22,087 nucleotides of DNA from Candidatus Woesearchaeota archaeon. GTDB lineage: Archaea; Nanobdellota; Nanobdellia; SCGC-AAA011-G17; GW2011-AR18. Positions within the stretch are counted from its first letter, which is position 1, and the number at the start of each line of letters is the position of its first letter. This document shows, in pieces, positions 1 to 8,249 of this stretch. The stretch spans positions 1-22,087 of the forward strand of contig JAGVZG010000012.1 of the NCBI GenBank assembly GCA_018302765.1, read 5' to 3'. The notes below the pieces were generated by a model that had not been told where the DNA came from, did no database searches, and saw only the letters and a list, made by a program, of their open reading frames with translations. A program made the position numbers and the translations under genes.

Positions 1-993
1 AGTAATATTTCCTTTTCCTGTAGAATCAAGTCCAGCTAAATTCCATTCCCACAAATAATGGTCTTCATTCTCATCTACAAACTCATCCCCATCATTGTAT
101 ACTTCAACAGCTTCACCACTAGGATCTGAAGCAGTGACAATAATTCTGTCATTTGCATCTTGATTACTATTAACAACGTCATTCAAAAATAATTCTACGC
201 CATTTATCTTCTTGCTATCAAGTACATTGACATTATCAATCACTCCACTTACGTCAAAAAGTGCGCCATTATCATCTACAGCAATCAGACGTACGGTTTT
301 TCCATTCGCCTGAATATTATCTCCTAATCTTAAGGTCATCTTAATGCCAGGAGAAGCAGATATCGAAGTGGAAGTTGCTGCTGTAATAACTATCGCTCTT
401 CCTAAAAATGGAACAACAAAGACATCGCTTCCGACAACGTTTGTTATTTGGCTACCAGATTTTAAATTCTCATCAAATTCTACTCTATAACCTACTCCTC
501 CTTGAGGAACAATTAAAAAAGTTCCATCTTTAAAATCTTCATCACCAATATCTAAAGCAGTTGTTAAATTAACTCCTGATCCAACATCTATGGCTTCATG
601 AAAATTATAAATTTCATCATCAAGAACTGGAGTAGATATAACAACTTTTCCGCTGATTAAACCAGCGCCATCTGTTTCATCTATTTCAGAACCAAATTCA
701 GAGTCTATAGAACTGCCAACAGAAATATCATTTCTTTCTCCAGTCTCAAAATCACTTAAAGTTAATTCTGATAGCCCATCTAGAAAAATTCCGCCTAAAC
801 CAACAACTACGTCATTAACTGCTGCCACATCTGTTCCTGCAGCGCCATAAACTACAACGTTCGTTGCAGGACTACTTCCGAATGGAGCAGGTAAAACTTC
901 TAAACCACCTGCCAAAGCACCTGTAACTGTCACGCCAGCCAAAGCCAAACTCGAAATTATAATTATAGTTCTATTTAAAAAAATGCCTACCAA
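1..993 (-). CDS. S-layer-type surface protein, N-terminal part (runs off the left edge; not in the ORF track)
   Basis: Hand translation from TTG at 993 is open to base 1: MVGIFLNRTIIIISSLALAGVTVTGALA|GGLEVLPAPFGSSPATNVVVYGAAGTDVAAVNDVVVGLGG... The signal peptide followed by an 'LPAPF...VVVYG..A..DV' segment resembles the N-terminus of archaeal (Methanococcales/DPANN-type) S-layer proteins. The body is acidic, Gly/Val-rich and nearly Cys-free. An in-frame TGA at 1003-1005 bounds the ORF upstream. Confidence 0.75.
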   Translation of the reverse strand, partial: MVGIFLNRTIIIISSLALAGVTVTGALAGGLEVLPAPFGSSPATNVVVYGAAGTDVAAVNDVVVGLGGIFLDGLSELTLSDFETGERNDISVGSSIDSEFGSEIDETDGAGLISGKVVISTPVLDDEIYNFHEAIDVGSGVNLTTALDIGDEDFKDGTFLIVPQGGVGYRVEFDENLKSGSQITNVVGSDVFVVPFLGRAIVITAATSTSISASPGIKMTLRLGDNIQANGKTVRLIAVDDNGALFDVSGVIDNVNVLDSKKINGVELFLNDVVNSNQDANDRIIVTASDPSGEAVEVYNDGDEFVDENEDHYLWEWNLAGLDSTGKGNIT

Positions 994-998
994 ATACC

Positions 999-1004
999 CA
1001 CCTC
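999..1004 (-). promoter_or_regulatory. Shine-Dalgarno GAGGTG of the S-layer gene
   Basis: GAGGTG on the minus strand, 5 nt before the TTG at 993; matches the archaeal anti-SD consensus. Confidence 0.6.
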
Positions 1005-1029
1005 ATTGCTAATTTTTATTATACTGTTA

Positions 1030-1037
1030 TTTATAAA
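1030..1037 (-). promoter_or_regulatory. TATA box of the S-layer gene
   Basis: TTTATAAA preceded on the minus strand by an A-rich BRE-like stretch; predicts a transcription start near 1006. Confidence 0.55.
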
Positions 1038-1053
1038 GTTATTTTTTTAAGTA

Positions 1054-2634
1054 TCAAATAAAATTATATCTACCAGGAGCTATAATTCCATTAGGATCAC
1101 AAATTTTCTTTAAGTTTTGCACTAATCTCCAAAAAGAATCATCAACTAAAACTTTGTCCATGGAATCAATGTCAACACGGCATGGATAAACACCTTTATC
1201 TGCAAGTTCCCTCATAGTTTTATCAATACAGTTGCGCGCCCTCAAAGCTTGATCTTTATCTGATCTATCAAAAGAAAGATTAACAACACCTTCTAAAGTA
1301 TCCTGTGTAACCATATTTAATGTAATATATGGTGTAAATTTATTATCACTAAAAATATCTTTTATTTTCCAGACAACCATATTAGCAGTGTCTCCATCTG
1401 TAGGAATTATAGGTAAATAATACAACAAGCCACATTTTTTACACTTATCTGGATCTAAAAGTTCATTATTAGGAAAATGTCCTAATGGCCAATGAACTGT
1501 ATAAAGTGCAACATCAGTTGGCACTCCACGAGTAATTTCATATAAAGGTTTCATGGCATATGCTAATGCTTTAACATAGTCCAAGGGAATAACTTCCAGA
1601 AAATCAAGAGTAGATTTTTTAATGAATTTTAATTTGCCAATGCCATGAAGTACTCTCTTAATTTCTTTCTTAACTGCGTAAACTTCTGGCTTTGTTCCAA
1701 ATATTCCTGTAACTGCACTCCAAGCCCCAAAACCTCCTTTTCTAAAAACATATTCAGCAAAATCAAGCGTTTCACTTTCATCATTTTTATGCAAAAAATC
1801 AGCAGCATATTTATAAGCCATAGGCTTAATGTATATCTCAATTCTATCTCTATTTGATATATGAACAGAAGATCTTAGTACTGCTTCTCTTCTCAAACTA
1901 CTAAGTTTATTAATAAGCTGTGGAAGCAAAGAATCATTATCAACATTGCAAACCATAATAGCATGATCTTCACCCACAGGTAAAAGTCCTACAGCAGCTT
2001 TGGTTACTATTCCAAAATTAGATTGTCTAAATAAGCCGCTTAAATTAGGTCCAACACCGACGGAACTAAGATGTCCTGCAAGAGCATTTCCATAATGAGA
2101 TAGACCTGTTTTAATCAAAGAGCCATTTCCTAGTACAACTTCTAAATCACGCAAATCTCTCCTAGAATAATAAGTGTCTCCACCATCAAGAATATTCCCT
2201 AATATACTAGTATCCCTCCCAGAGCCAGTGGTATCAAGAAAATAAGGAGTTCCTGAATCTCTTAAATATTTATAAAGCTGGTGTTGTGTTACGCCAGGTT
2301 CAATAACAGCATAGCCATGATTTAAATTTACTTCAACAACACTATTCATTTTTTCCAAAGAAACGACAGCACAGCCATCTTTAACTGGAAGACGAGAACC
2401 AAGACCATAGTTCTTGCCTCTGCTTATAGGATACAATGGAACTAAATATTTATTTGCAGCATTAACAATTCTAATGACGTCTGCTGTACCACGGGGAAAA
2501 ACAACAGCAATAATTTGTCTTTCCATTCCACCACAATTTTCTAATAATACATCTAAACTTGATCCATGATCTAAAACACCATCACGTCCTAAAATTCTAC
2601 GCCATTCAGTAATTGCGCTGTCAACGTCGCCCAT
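1054..2634 (-). CDS. FAD-binding oxidoreductase, vanillyl-alcohol oxidase / p-cresol methylhydroxylase flavoprotein family
   Basis: Family motifs PISRGKNYGLGS, IEPGVTQ, SILGNILDGG, LEVVLGNG..IKTG, QSNFGIVTK and C-terminal DPNGIIAPGRY; 526 aa fits the family. Confidence 0.85.
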   Translation of the reverse strand: MGDVDSAITEWRRILGRDGVLDHGSSLDVLLENCGGMERQIIAVVFPRGTADVIRIVNAANKYLVPLYPISRGKNYGLGSRLPVKDGCAVVSLEKMNSVVEVNLNHGYAVIEPGVTQHQLYKYLRDSGTPYFLDTTGSGRDTSILGNILDGGDTYYSRRDLRDLEVVLGNGSLIKTGLSHYGNALAGHLSSVGVGPNLSGLFRQSNFGIVTKAAVGLLPVGEDHAIMVCNVDNDSLLPQLINKLSSLRREAVLRSSVHISNRDRIEIYIKPMAYKYAADFLHKNDESETLDFAEYVFRKGGFGAWSAVTGIFGTKPEVYAVKKEIKRVLHGIGKLKFIKKSTLDFLEVIPLDYVKALAYAMKPLYEITRGVPTDVALYTVHWPLGHFPNNELLDPDKCKKCGLLYYLPIIPTDGDTANMVVWKIKDIFSDNKFTPYITLNMVTQDTLEGVVNLSFDRSDKDQALRARNCIDKTMRELADKGVYPCRVDIDSMDKVLVDDSFWRLVQNLKKICDPNGIIAPGRYNFI

Positions 2635-2737
2635 TTTCAGCTTATAAAGTTTACAGTTAATATTTATTACTTATTGTCCTTTAGAATATATTATGGATTA
2701 CTAGCTAAAAATAATTATAACAAAACTCAAAATATTA

Positions 2738-3427
2738 TTAACCAATATATCCTAATTCTTTAATAGTCTTGTCCCTTTTACTTTGATTAACTTCTTTTGC
2801 CTTTTCTATATACTGTCTCAAGTTAGCTTCAAACTTCTTAGCAGCTTCTAACAAAGGCTTGTAATCAACTTTTAATCCCATATAAGAATTTAAGGCATCA
2901 ACTATCTTAGCAGCAGACTCAGAATCTGGAAGCTGTGAATGAGCCTCAGCAAATAAACAAGTAACTGGAAAATCCTTAGCTTCTAACAACAAGGCTGCAG
3001 TAGCGCCCATAACAATACCTTCTTTCAAATCCTTAAGTTTTAGCTTTTTCTTATTTGAAAAATAATAAACTTCTAGATCACCATGCGAAGGCATACTATC
3101 TAAAATAATTATTTCCTTAGCGCTAACATTATTAACTAAGTCCATCATTGTTGAAGCAAGATCCCACTCAAATCCAGCAACATCTGTAAGAGACTGTATA
3201 ATAATAAGGTTATACTTTTTATTATAAAACAATGTAATTGGGTTTATAATTTTAGATTTATGTATTGCAGTCAAAGGAGCTATATGCTCTGACTCTATAT
3301 GACCTATTTCCTCAACGTCTAAATGGTCTATTAAGAATTTAATAGCTATTGTGCTTACCAAACCAAGACCTGGAAATCCTTGTATTATAGTTGGACCTTT
3401 TGGTTTTTTTGTTAATATAAGTTTCAT
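2738..3427 (-). CDS. Proteasome assembly chaperone, PAC2 family
   Basis: IIQGFPGLGLVSTIAIKFLIDHL N-terminal motif, PDSESAAKIV and LLEAAKKFE C-terminal helix; 229 aa. Confidence 0.9.
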   Translation of the reverse strand: MKLILTKKPKGPTIIQGFPGLGLVSTIAIKFLIDHLDVEEIGHIESEHIAPLTAIHKSKIINPITLFYNKKYNLIIIQSLTDVAGFEWDLASTMMDLVNNVSAKEIIILDSMPSHGDLEVYYFSNKKKLKLKDLKEGIVMGATAALLLEAKDFPVTCLFAEAHSQLPDSESAAKIVDALNSYMGLKVDYKPLLEAAKKFEANLRQYIEKAKEVNQSKRDKTIKELGYIG

Positions 3428-3517
3428 AATAAAATATTAATTAGCAAATTCTTTATTAATGTAATGTAAGCTCTAAATAGTAGTAACTTATTTAAATTGT
3501 AAGTTTGTAAGAATTTT

Positions 3518-4384
3518 ATGGTTTCAAAATCAAATTTAGCAGTAAGAATTGTTGGTATTTTATTAAGCACCTTCCTTGTTGACAACAGGATAGAAAAAGA
3601 AGAAACAGAAAACTATCGTCCATTCTATATAAGTCTATTGCCAACATATCCATGGGAAACAGCTGGCAAAATAAAAATTATACAACCAGACTCCACGCAG
3701 AATTTAGAGCAATTCGCACTAAGAGAAGAAACACGTGAAGAAAAAATAGAAAGAGATCGTAGTACTACAAATAATCCCCATACATTCAAGGAAATAAGTG
3801 ATGCTTGTTTAAAAAATCCAGAAGGAACAGCAGAAACAGGAGGAGTTATGTATAAAATTCCAGACAATACAACAAAACCAGGCTACAGATTAAGTTTCTA
3901 TATGGTAGATAACATAACAAACAAAGATTCAGAAGCTAAAAAAGTAATAGAACAAGGTAAGTCTCTAGATCTGACTAAACTAAGAGAAGGATTGAATAAA
4001 TATACTGAAGGCAAATGCGCAATATATAATGCAGATACAGATTGGAAAGAAGAAATTGATAAACTTAAAAGAAAAATAGCAAAATTTGGAAAGAAAGATA
4101 AGTTATCAAGAAGAGAACAATTGACATTAGCAAGAGAAACATTAGCCATAACTAATTCTACTTATTTAAGAGGAGATATACCTGAAAGCAATTATGAAAT
4201 GGTAGGAGTGTTTCATGTTCATAATAATGGAACTAACTTCTCGCTAACAGACCATTGTTTATATGACAATGCAATAGACAAAACAGGTTATCTAATAAGC
4301 TGCGTAGATAACGAAAGATTTAGAGTACATAGAATAATAGGCACAGAAGATATTGTAATAACTGAAGGAGAAATAACTAAATAA
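3518..4384 (+). CDS. Hypothetical protein with N-terminal hydrophobic segment and JAB/MPN+ (JAMM)-like metalloprotease motif
   Basis: E106 in AETGGVM and VGVFH233-V-H235-NNGTNF-S242-LT-D245 resemble the JAMM signature E...HxH-x7-S-x2-D, here with x6. Residues 7-21 (LAVRIVGILLSTFLV) are hydrophobic. Confidence 0.6.
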   Translation: MVSKSNLAVRIVGILLSTFLVDNRIEKEETENYRPFYISLLPTYPWETAGKIKIIQPDSTQNLEQFALREETREEKIERDRSTTNNPHTFKEISDACLKNPEGTAETGGVMYKIPDNTTKPGYRLSFYMVDNITNKDSEAKKVIEQGKSLDLTKLREGLNKYTEGKCAIYNADTDWKEEIDKLKRKIAKFGKKDKLSRREQLTLARETLAITNSTYLRGDIPESNYEMVGVFHVHNNGTNFSLTDHCLYDNAIDKTGYLISCVDNERFRVHRIIGTEDIVITEGEITK

Positions 4385-5186
4385 TTAATTTTCCTCTCTG
4401 CCAATCCTGGATTATTCTTCTAGATACTTGGTCTATATTTGGCTTTCCGCCTTTTACAAGCCAATTAAACTTTTTAGCTATTAGTTCTAAAGTCTCTTCA
4501 GGATCACTTCTGGGTTTAACGCCATATAAATCTTCTATTGCATCAGGATTATTTCTATAAGCCCTATCTAAAATTTCCACAGCTACAATATCAGGATCTT
4601 TTACTTTTCTATAGTCTTTAACATTAGTCAAAGTATATTGCTTTTCATCTAAAAACTTATTCTCTTTATATGCAAAAACACCTGGTGTATCTATCAAATA
4701 AATATTTTTTCCAATTCTAACCTTCTGCATTCCCTTAGTAAAACCAGGAGTAGAACTTGTCAAAGCAGCTTTCTTTTGCTTTAGAACATTTATCAAAGAA
4801 GACTTGCCAGTATTTGGGTATCCAAGAACTCCAACTAATAAAGGCTCTTCCTTAACTTTAGTTTCCCTAACAGAACTCTTTAATCTTCTATAACTAATCT
4901 GCTTTTCCTTAGCAAGATCTCTAAGTATATTCCTTAGTTTTGTAGTTCCTAAATTATTTTTTGCAGAAACAAAAACATAAGGCTCAAAATCAAAAACTAA
5001 GTCTGAAAACCTTTCTTTCAATAAATCTGATTTATTCAAGACATAAATCATCATTTTATGTGCTTTTCTCAATTTACTTTCTATTTCTTTATTTCTGGTT
5101 TCTTCAGGAAATCTGGCATCCAATACTTCAAGAACTACATCAGCTTCATCTATTACTTGATTTACTACTTCCCAAAAAGATGTCAT
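4377..5186 (-). CDS. Circularly permuted GTPase, RbgA/YlqF family (ribosome biogenesis)
   Basis: Motif order G4 (LNKSD), then G1 (GYPNTGKSS), G2 (PGFT) and G3 (DTPG); N-terminal DVVLEVLDARFP and C-terminal IIQDWQRGKL. Confidence 0.9.
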   Translation of the reverse strand: MTSFWEVVNQVIDEADVVLEVLDARFPEETRNKEIESKLRKAHKMMIYVLNKSDLLKERFSDLVFDFEPYVFVSAKNNLGTTKLRNILRDLAKEKQISYRRLKSSVRETKVKEEPLLVGVLGYPNTGKSSLINVLKQKKAALTSSTPGFTKGMQKVRIGKNIYLIDTPGVFAYKENKFLDEKQYTLTNVKDYRKVKDPDIVAVEILDRAYRNNPDAIEDLYGVKPRSDPEETLELIAKKFNWLVKGGKPNIDQVSRRIIQDWQRGKLII

Positions 5187-5238
5187 AATTGAATAATTAT
5201 TAGAAGATTATTTAAGTATTACTTATATATTTCTATGT

Positions 5239-5997
5239 ATGAAAATTATCTCATGGAATGTAAATGGAATTAATTCTTGTATGAAAAAAGGATTACTAAG
5301 ATTCATTGAAAAAGAAAATGCAGACATAATACTCTTACAAGAAGTAAAAGTTTCTAAGGAAAAAATTAACCCAGAACTATTGAATTTAAAAAAATATAAT
5401 TCATTCTGGTCCTTTGCTAAAGAAAAAGGCTACAGCGGTTTAGCTGTTTATTCAAAATCTAAGCCATTGAATGTAATTAAAGAATTTGGGAAAAAGGGCA
5501 TAGATAAAGAGGGAAGAATTATAGCTTTAGAATTTGATAATTTCTTTCTAATTAATGTCTACTTTCCGCATTCAAATCGTGAATTAAAAAGACTAAAATT
5601 CAAATTAATGTTTAATAATGCTTTTGAAGAATTCTGCAAAAAATTAGGTAATAAAAAACCCTTAATTATTGGGGGAGATTTCAATGTTGCTCATAAAGAA
5701 ATAGATCTAAGAAACCCAAAACAAAATACAAATAATGCAGGATTTACAATTAAAGAAAGAAATTGGTTTGATAAATTTTTAAAAAACGGCTACATTGACT
5801 GCTTCAGAAATTTCACAAAAGAAGGAGGGAATTATACTTGGTGGACTTACAGAAATAATGCAAGAGCTAGAAATATTGGATGGAGAATTGATTATTTTTT
5901 AATAAGTAAAAAACTAAAAAGAAGCATTATTAACTGTTCAATCCTAAATAAGATAACTGGTTCAGATCATTGCCCAATAAGTTTAGAAATTAAATAG
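5239..5997 (+). CDS. xth: Exodeoxyribonuclease III / AP endonuclease
   Basis: MKIISWNVNG, LQE, GYSG, NVYFP, GDFNVAH, YTWW, GWRIDY and SDHCP motifs all present. Confidence 0.93.
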   Translation: MKIISWNVNGINSCMKKGLLRFIEKENADIILLQEVKVSKEKINPELLNLKKYNSFWSFAKEKGYSGLAVYSKSKPLNVIKEFGKKGIDKEGRIIALEFDNFFLINVYFPHSNRELKRLKFKLMFNNAFEEFCKKLGNKKPLIIGGDFNVAHKEIDLRNPKQNTNNAGFTIKERNWFDKFLKNGYIDCFRNFTKEGGNYTWWTYRNNARARNIGWRIDYFLISKKLKRSIINCSILNKITGSDHCPISLEIK

Positions 5998-6008
5998 ATT
6001 AGAAATTA

Positions 6009-6611
6009 TTATGTTATAATAACACCTAATTTATCCATTAATCTCAACCTAGCATCATTATCAGGAACCATCCAGAGTAGTGCATATTCTAAAGCTTCCT
6101 GAGGCGTAGAAAACCTGACCATCTTGTTAACTAAATCTTCAGCATTATCTCCAAATATAGTACCATTAAAAGGAATATATAATAATTCAGCACCATTTCT
6201 GCTTAAATGTCTATGTGTTGATCCTCTTGGATAAAATATAACAGAACCTTTTAAATAAACCCTAATGGGATTGCCTTCCATATCAGCATCAAAATATGCG
6301 CCATCATAAACGTAAGCCAATTCTCCACCGGGGTGAAAATGTGGCTTTCCACCCAAATAATTTCGAGGCATATTCAAACGTGTAGGTCTAAACCTTGATC
6401 CAAAACTAAAGTAGTCATAAATATTATTACTGGTAGAATCAAAATCTAATATAGATTCGTCCAATTTTCTTTTCAAACTGACACCAGAATTTATAAATTT
6501 TGAAGATCCAACAATTTCTCTATCAATTAGCCTTACAACGCCACTAACTTCTTCTGTTCCAGTTACATCGCTTAAATCTTCTATGAAACTCATTTTATCT
6601 AGTTCACTCAT
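6009..6611 (-). CDS. Cupin-domain protein
   Basis: Cupin motif 1 PHFHPGGELAYVYDG and motif 2 GSVIFYPRGSTH with an intact H-H-E-H metal set; function unknown. Confidence 0.7.
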   Translation of the reverse strand: MSELDKMSFIEDLSDVTGTEEVSGVVRLIDREIVGSSKFINSGVSLKRKLDESILDFDSTSNNIYDYFSFGSRFRPTRLNMPRNYLGGKPHFHPGGELAYVYDGAYFDADMEGNPIRVYLKGSVIFYPRGSTHRHLSRNGAELLYIPFNGTIFGDNAEDLVNKMVRFSTPQEALEYALLWMVPDNDARLRLMDKLGVIIT

Positions 6612-6774
6612 TTAATATAAATTATTAATATTATATAAATTTACCTCAAAGGGTACCCTCGCCTCTTTTTCAAGTTGGTAAAGTTAATCTTCTTTATAAA
6701 TATTTATTGTAAAAAATCATTATTTCTTTAAGGCAAAATCATAAAATTACTTTCAAATTAATAATTTTATAAAA

Positions 6775-7770
6775 CTATTTTCTTATCCATGGCGTTTCAA
6801 CACCATCTATTCGCCAATTAGGATTAATATCTGCATTTCCTATTTGTTGTTTTGTCTTGAATATATTATAGCCTGATTTATATTGCATAATTCCTGCTAT
6901 TGCTATTTGCACTCCGTTATCTCCTGAATATTTTAATGGGCAAGCATAAGCTTTTGCTCCCCTATCATTGCACATAGTATTTAGCATCTCAACAAATCTC
7001 TGATTAGCTGCAACCCCGCCAATTAACAAAGCCTCATTTTTTCCAGTATGTGCCAAAGCTCTCTCTGTAACTTCAATCAACATAGCAAAACCAGTCTCCT
7101 GCAAACTATAACATAAGTCTTCAACAGCAACACCTTTTTTGTACAAATTAATGCAATGTGTAACTATGCCAGAAAATTCAACATCCATTCCTTTTACAAC
7201 ATAAGGAATTTCTATGTATTTGCCTTTTTTTGCAAGTTGTTCTATCTTTGGCCCAGCAGGAAAACCCAAACCAACACCTCTTCCAAATTTATCCAAAGCA
7301 TTCCCTAACCCAACAGACAATGCCTCTCCAAAAACCCTGTATTTGTTACCTTCATGAGCTATTATTTGTGTATTTGCTCCGGAAACAAAAACAAAAACAG
7401 GATCTTTAGCTTTAGTAAAAAACTTTCCTTCCTCAAGATGGCCGCATAAGTGATTAACTCCAGCTAAAGGTTTATTATATTTTAAGGCTAAATATTTAGC
7501 AAATTCTTTTCCAATAAGCAAAGAAGGCGATAAACCAGGACCTTGGGAAAAAGAAATCAAATCAACATCTTTAACATTGAGTTTAGCTTCTTCTAACGCC
7601 TTGCTTAACAACTCCTTTTTTACTTTTTTATGATGCAGGGCAGCTTCTGAAGGAATTATTCCACCTTTCTCTGTAGTATACATACTACGTTGATCTGATA
7701 ATATTTTTTTATTGTCTAAAATTCCTATTCCTATTGTATGGGCAGTTGATTCTATTCCAAGACAAATCAT
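6775..7770 (-). CDS. kae1: tRNA N6-threonylcarbamoyltransferase Kae1 (KEOPS), stand-alone, no Bud32 fusion
   Basis: LGIESTAHTIGIG, EAALHH, QGPGL, VNHLCGH, VSGANTQ, GNALDKF, GGVAAN and DNGVQIA motifs. Start moved from the track's TTG (7791) to the ATG at 7770 (MICLGIES), which lies 22 nt after a TATA box. Confidence 0.95.
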   Translation of the reverse strand: MICLGIESTAHTIGIGILDNKKILSDQRSMYTTEKGGIIPSEAALHHKKVKKELLSKALEEAKLNVKDVDLISFSQGPGLSPSLLIGKEFAKYLALKYNKPLAGVNHLCGHLEEGKFFTKAKDPVFVFVSGANTQIIAHEGNKYRVFGEALSVGLGNALDKFGRGVGLGFPAGPKIEQLAKKGKYIEIPYVVKGMDVEFSGIVTHCINLYKKGVAVEDLCYSLQETGFAMLIEVTERALAHTGKNEALLIGGVAANQRFVEMLNTMCNDRGAKAYACPLKYSGDNGVQIAIAGIMQYKSGYNIFKTKQQIGNADINPNWRIDGVETPWIRK

Positions 7771-7792
7771 AAAGACAAGAAAATAGATCAAC

Positions 7793-7800
7793 TTTTATAA
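7793..7800 (-). promoter_or_regulatory. TATA box of kae1 (probably leaderless mRNA)
   Basis: TTATAAAA on the minus strand, 22 nt upstream of ATG 7770. Confidence 0.5.
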
Positions 7801-7833
7801 CTTACGATAAAGAAACTTTCTAAATATAACTAA

Positions 7834-8157
7834 TCATTTTCCAAGAGGCAAATAACAGATATATCTTATAAGCAACTTATATGAACCAGTACGAATCCCA
7901 TTAACACTACCACTAGGAATAAAGACCGTACCTTCATCCTTAGACAAGCCAAAAACTAAATCATTATCACTAACTAAAACATCAATAGTTCCCATACCAT
8001 ATTCTCTTCTTTGTTTTCTAATAGTTTCTAAAAGTTGCTTAACCTGGGCAGCATTAAGAACTATATCGCCTAGATAATAAATTTCAGCGTATCTTCTTTG
8101 CTTTTTCATCCAACCAATTAATTTGAAAGTATCCTCAAAAGATTTAAGCTCACCCAT
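7834..8157 (-). CDS. Hypothetical protein (107 aa)
   Basis: ATG-started ORF filling the gap between kae1 and cca, with typical composition; no motif recognised. Confidence 0.6.
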   Translation of the reverse strand: MGELKSFEDTFKLIGWMKKQRRYAEIYYLGDIVLNAAQVKQLLETIRKQRREYGMGTIDVLVSDNDLVFGLSKDEGTVFIPSGSVNGIRTGSYKLLIRYICYLPLGK

Positions 8158-8249
8158 AAAACTTCAATGAAATAAGAAGTATTTAAAACTAACCGTAATT
8201 GAAAAGCCACAAAGTAAATCTTATTAATACAATAAACAACTAAAATACA

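Noticed and set aside
1629-1857. Two 70-aa ORFs (1629-1841 minus, 1645-1857 plus)
   Set aside because: Nested in or antisense to the motif-supported flavoprotein gene; no coding features of their own.
2666-2675. ATTACTTATT upstream of the flavoprotein gene, similar to the shared operator
   Set aside because: Only one half-site, and not at the 14-nt distance from a TATA box.
3625-4149. Minus-strand ORFs 3625-3867 and 3898-4149
   Set aside because: Antisense shadows of the JAB-like gene; the Ser/Leu/Phe-rich composition is what the reverse of an A-rich gene gives.
4961-5188. Plus-strand 75-aa ORF
   Set aside because: Antisense to the GTPase gene.
6650-6659. Palindrome AGGGTACCCT between kae1 and the cupin gene
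   Set aside because: A single 10-bp palindrome with no second copy or loop; could be a regulator site but there is no support.
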